The notes under the pieces: generated by a model | Database searches by the model: none | What the model was told of the DNA's origin: nothing | Seen by the model: only the letters and a program-made list of their open reading frames with translations | Shown: one piece after another, positions 55,752-58,421 of the stretch | Layout of the letters: every line of letters begins with the position of its first letter | Position numbering within the stretch: the first letter of the stretch is position 1 | Program-made: the position numbers and the translations under genes | DNA from: Clostridia bacterium | Lineage (GTDB): Bacteria > Bacillota > Clostridia > Christensenellales > UBA1242 | Direction: 5' to 3' | Length of the DNA stretch: 58,421 bases | Assembly: GCA_045597505.1 (NCBI GenBank) | Contig: JAZLKE010000018.1 | Coordinates: 1-58,421, forward strand

Positions 55752-56908
55752 GCTTTATAGTTTGGTATTGCTCCGAATTTTCCACTCAAATACATTTTTT
55801 CGAGATTTTGAGCTTCTCGAGGGTTTTCATCGGAGAATCTTTCAATAAATGAACCCTCATTTGGCTCAAAATCTATTGTATAAATTTGGTCAGGTCTTAA
55901 AATTCTAGAATTCAACAAGTTTGTTGAATGGGAATTAAAAATTAACTGGCTATTCTTACTATTCAGCATAAAGTATTTTACAATAACTTCTTCTAACTTG
56001 TTATGGAAACCACTACTAAATTCGTCAATCAATAATATTGAATGGGTCTTAGTCGCATAAATAATAGAAGGTAATATATTTATCAATGTTTGATTTCCAA
56101 GAGATTCCATCTCTAATGGTAAATTTAAATCCATATCATGTCTTTTTAAGAATATAATAGGCTTGTCTACTTTTAAACCTACGTACAGTGTTCCATTTTT
56201 TTCTTTAACTTTACTAACCAAGTTGTCTTTACTTTTTGATACAAAAAAATCAAAATTTATGTGTTTTAATGTGCTATTAATTTCCTGTATGCTTTTTTCA
56301 TCAAGTTTTTGAATCAGGTGAGAAATATTATTGTAAGAAATCGCTGTTCTTTCAAACGCATTTACATAAACAGAATTTCTTAAAAATTCCATAAATTTAA
56401 TAATTTGTTTATTCTGAGCAAACACATCATTAAAATAACATTTTTTTAATAATAGAACCTTTTCAGTGAATTTTCCATCATAGTCTACACATTTATTTTC
56501 AATCAATATCTTTCCACTACGCAAATGCCTATCTACAAATGGTGTGTCATTTATAATAAGTTGTTCTAGGACAATATCACCATTTTTATCTGATTCGAAT
56601 AAATAGGATATTTTATCCTTTGAAAACTTAAATTGATACTCTAAATGGATGTTTGCCTTTTTATCAAACAAACACCTATCAGAAAAATCCATTTGATAGT
56701 TGTCTTTAAACAGCATATCAAGAAGAGTTTTTATGGCTAAAATAAGAGTTGATTTTCCTGTAGCGTTTGGACCGACAATTAGTCCGCCTTTTAAAACTCC
56801 GTCAAAAGTGTTTGTGTCTTGTAATGATTGATACTTTGTAACTTCTAAATTGAATTCCCTTCGGTTTTTGAATGATTTGTAATTTTCTACAACAACTTTA
56901 GATAGCAT
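55748..56908 (-). CDS. ABC-type AAA ATPase (AAA_21/AAA_15-like; AbiLi / AriA-like)
   Basis: Has Walker A GPNATGKS, Walker B LLIDEF, the downstream FNSHS H-loop-like motif, and the N-terminal VENYKSF typical of SMC/ABC-like defence ATPases. Confidence 0.7.
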   Translation of the reverse strand: MLSKVVVENYKSFKNRREFNLEVTKYQSLQDTNTFDGVLKGGLIVGPNATGKSTLILAIKTLLDMLFKDNYQMDFSDRCLFDKKANIHLEYQFKFSKDKISYLFESDKNGDIVLEQLIINDTPFVDRHLRSGKILIENKCVDYDGKFTEKVLLLKKCYFNDVFAQNKQIIKFMEFLRNSVYVNAFERTAISYNNISHLIQKLDEKSIQEINSTLKHINFDFFVSKSKDNLVSKVKEKNGTLYVGLKVDKPIIFLKRHDMDLNLPLEMESLGNQTLINILPSIIYATKTHSILLIDEFSSGFHNKLEEVIVKYFMLNSKNSQLIFNSHSTNLLNSRILRPDQIYTIDFEPNEGSFIERFSDENPREAQNLEKMYLSGKFGAIPNYKA

Positions 56909-56967
56909 AATTCACCCCTATATATTTATGTACAAATGTAAAAATAATACACAAAGCCCGCGATGTA

Positions 56968-56986
56968 AGTGTAAAAAATTTACACT
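56968..56986. promoter_or_regulatory. Palindrome in the divergent promoter region between the ATPase gene and small ORF B
   Basis: AGTGTAAA-AAA-TTTACACT. Confidence 0.3.
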
Positions 56987-57025
56987 ATATTTTTATCATA
57001 TAGCCATAGCGCTTGTCAAGTATCA

Positions 57026-57292
57026 ATGCCTAAAAATTTATACAAATATGAAGGATTCAAAAATTATTTTTTCAATATAATTAAAGCCAAGCAATTCTGC
57101 ACACACAATAACCCTGTATTCGCCAGAGTTTTGAATGGTGAGTTGGCTATTGAACCAATCACGTCAGATAACTGCCCGCGTTCACAACAAGAACTGCTGT
57201 GGCGATTATTTGTGGTGAAATCCGTTATCCATAAATCCGAACTGATTAACATAAATTCATCAAGAAATCTTGTCAGGCGTACCAGGCTTTGA
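57026..57292 (+). CDS. Small ORF B (88 aa), paralog of ORF A
   Basis: Has an ATG start. The conserved core is HNNPVFARVLNGELAIEPIT...ELLWRLFVVKSVI.KSELINI. The stop codon lies inside the antisense tRNA-half remnant. Confidence 0.45.
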   Translation: MPKNLYKYEGFKNYFFNIIKAKQFCTHNNPVFARVLNGELAIEPITSDNCPRSQQELLWRLFVVKSVIHKSELININSSRNLVRRTRL

Positions 57293-57305
57293 ACCTACGA
57301 TGAAT
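57087..57305 (+). repeat. Direct repeat, copy B (about 220 bp)
   Basis: Aligns with 54662-54883. Confidence 0.8.
57271..57305 (-). pseudogene. Decayed tRNA-Gln(CTG)-type 3' half
   Basis: The reverse complement ATTCATCGTAGGTTCAAAGCCTGGTACGCCTGACA matches the last 35 nt of the tRNA at 17345-17418 at 29 of 35 positions (hand alignment). Confidence 0.55.
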
Positions 57306-57309
57306 TATG

Positions 57310-58158
57310 CTAACTATTATCCTTAGATTTTTCTTTTATGCAATATTGACAAACTCGCAACAATAATTCAATTGGACCAAATAACGTAGAAATTGTGCAC
57401 AAAATCAAATATAACATTTGATTGACTATAGACAAAGAATTCCAAGCATGAACCAAGTAACAAATTAGATAAAATGACATACAAAGCGACATCATCAACA
57501 TATTAAAGAGTGTGCTGTTTTCAATAATTGAATTTTTATATTGTTTTATTTCTTTATATGGAATAAATTTATTGACATAACTTTTATCAAGATTTTTATC
57601 TTTAACAACTTTTATCATCAATTCATCTAAATCTGATTTGTTTTTTGTGCCAAGACCATTAGCATAAATTTGCTCAATAATATAATCAATGCTGTTCTTA
57701 TATTTATTGTTAATTAATTTATAATTATGTTTTTCGCAGCCAATATGGATAGAAATTCCTTTTTCATCAGTAGTTTTTAAAACCCAAAAGTCTTTCTTCT
57801 CACACCTAACTGAACCGTAATATTTAAATAATTTATTAAACATAATGTTTGATTCAGCATAACTTTGTAATTTAATTAGAAATAATTTATTCTTTCGATT
57901 AATAATGAATGTATCATATAAATATTTCACAAATGGATAAAATCCTAAGTAAGTTAATATTAAGTGAAAATGAATATTCGGAGTTATAAAACACCCCAAA
58001 ATTCCAGTAGATTCCACTAGCAGTGAACCAATAAAATCACAAACTGGTTTTATTTTGCTTTTGTATTTATAGCAAAATCCAAGTTCGTACATGCAACAAA
58101 TTTCCATAAGCATATCCAACAGAAACAACAATAATAAAATTATATATACAATATCCAT
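57310..58158 (-). CDS. Hypothetical membrane protein (282 aa), very AT-rich
   Basis: Long ORF with N- and C-terminal hydrophobic helices flanking a Lys/Asn-rich soluble middle. Confidence 0.45.
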   Translation of the reverse strand: MDIVYIILLLLFLLDMLMEICCMYELGFCYKYKSKIKPVCDFIGSLLVESTGILGCFITPNIHFHLILTYLGFYPFVKYLYDTFIINRKNKLFLIKLQSYAESNIMFNKLFKYYGSVRCEKKDFWVLKTTDEKGISIHIGCEKHNYKLINNKYKNSIDYIIEQIYANGLGTKNKSDLDELMIKVVKDKNLDKSYVNKFIPYKEIKQYKNSIIENSTLFNMLMMSLCMSFYLICYLVHAWNSLSIVNQMLYLILCTISTLFGPIELLLRVCQYCIKEKSKDNS

Positions 58159-58249
58159 TAAAAAATTATAATGTAATTAATTACAAAATGGAATATGTCA
58201 TATTTATATTGTGTGTGGATAATTTTGTGATATATTGCTTTATAATTTT

Positions 58250-58421
58250 ATGGATAAAAACATTAACTATACTGAGAAAAAAAACATTGAACTAGTCAAA
58301 AATGAGCCTTTAAAGAGGCTTTCTAAAAAGAGGTATTATATTACGCCTATAATTAGTTTTGTGCTGATGATAGTACTTTCTTTATTTATTTACCATAATG
58401 ATTCTCAATTAATTGTTGATT
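58250..58421 (+). CDS. Hypothetical protein, N-terminal fragment (continues beyond window)
   Basis: The frame is open from the ATG at 58250 to the window end. It contains a hydrophobic helix. Too short for the ORF track. Confidence 0.3.
   Translation, partial: MDKNINYTEKKNIELVKNEPLKRLSKKRYYITPIISFVLMIVLSLFIYHNDSQLIVD

Larger units (their letters stand above)
54665..58421. mobile_element. AT-rich genomic island abutting the tRNA-Gln(TTG) 3' end (right boundary outside window; no integrase seen)
   Basis: Abrupt shift to AT-rich composition exactly at the tRNA 3' end. Contains defence-like genes, diverged direct repeats and tRNA-half remnants. Confidence 0.5.

Noticed and set aside
58214-58222. 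Perfect DnaA box TGTGGATAA in the island, and another at 46200-46208 inside mnmA
   Set aside because: These are isolated single boxes, one of them inside a CDS. No cluster or adjacent AT-rich unwinding element was seen, which is consistent with chance occurrence.

Overview
This 58.4 kb window looks like a low-GC, Bacillota-like chromosome. The cues are a SpoIVB-type peptidase, the rpmH-rnpA-yidC-jag block, encoded CCA on tRNAs, and GGAG-type ribosome-binding sites. All calls rest on motif recognition in the supplied translations and on hand inspection of the DNA. No database search was run.

Most of the window is replication-origin-proximal housekeeping:
- Replication and segregation: dnaA, dnaN, recF, gyrB/gyrA, dnaX, ybaB, parB/parA.
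- tRNA synthetases: leuS, gltX, glyQS, serS.
- Other core genes: murB, mnmA, miaA, ttcA-like, tsaC, pth, mfd, rplJ/rplL, pyk, gmk.
- An ohrR-type redox operon: gpx-ohrR-trxA-trxB.

The classical origin synteny is scrambled. dnaA is orphaned from dnaN, recF and gyrBA, and its flanking intergenic gaps are only 108 bp and 26 bp.

Four tRNAs are present: Gln-CTG, Arg-ACG, Ala-TGC and Gln-TTG. I saw no rRNA, CRISPR array, transposase or integrase.

The most unusual region starts exactly at the 3' end of tRNA-Gln(TTG) at 54664 and runs to the window end. It is a visibly AT-rich island with three linked features:
- A translationally coupled ABC-type ATPase plus RloB/TOPRIM-like pair, resembling AbiL or PARIS defence systems.
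- Two diverged direct repeats of about 220 bp that bracket this pair.
- In each repeat, a paralogous small ORF under apparent purifying selection, ending in an inverted, decayed copy of a tRNA-Gln 3' half. The two copies match different isoacceptors.

Other notable items:
- Four copies of a variant parS palindrome (TGTTTAACGTTAAACA) lie upstream of parB.
- A recurrent TATAAT-N6/7-ATG (leaderless-type) architecture occurs at five genes.
- All four aaRS genes in the window lack room for T-box leaders.
- mfd, pyk and dnaX are domain-reduced.
- The tRNA-Ala has C instead of U at position 33.
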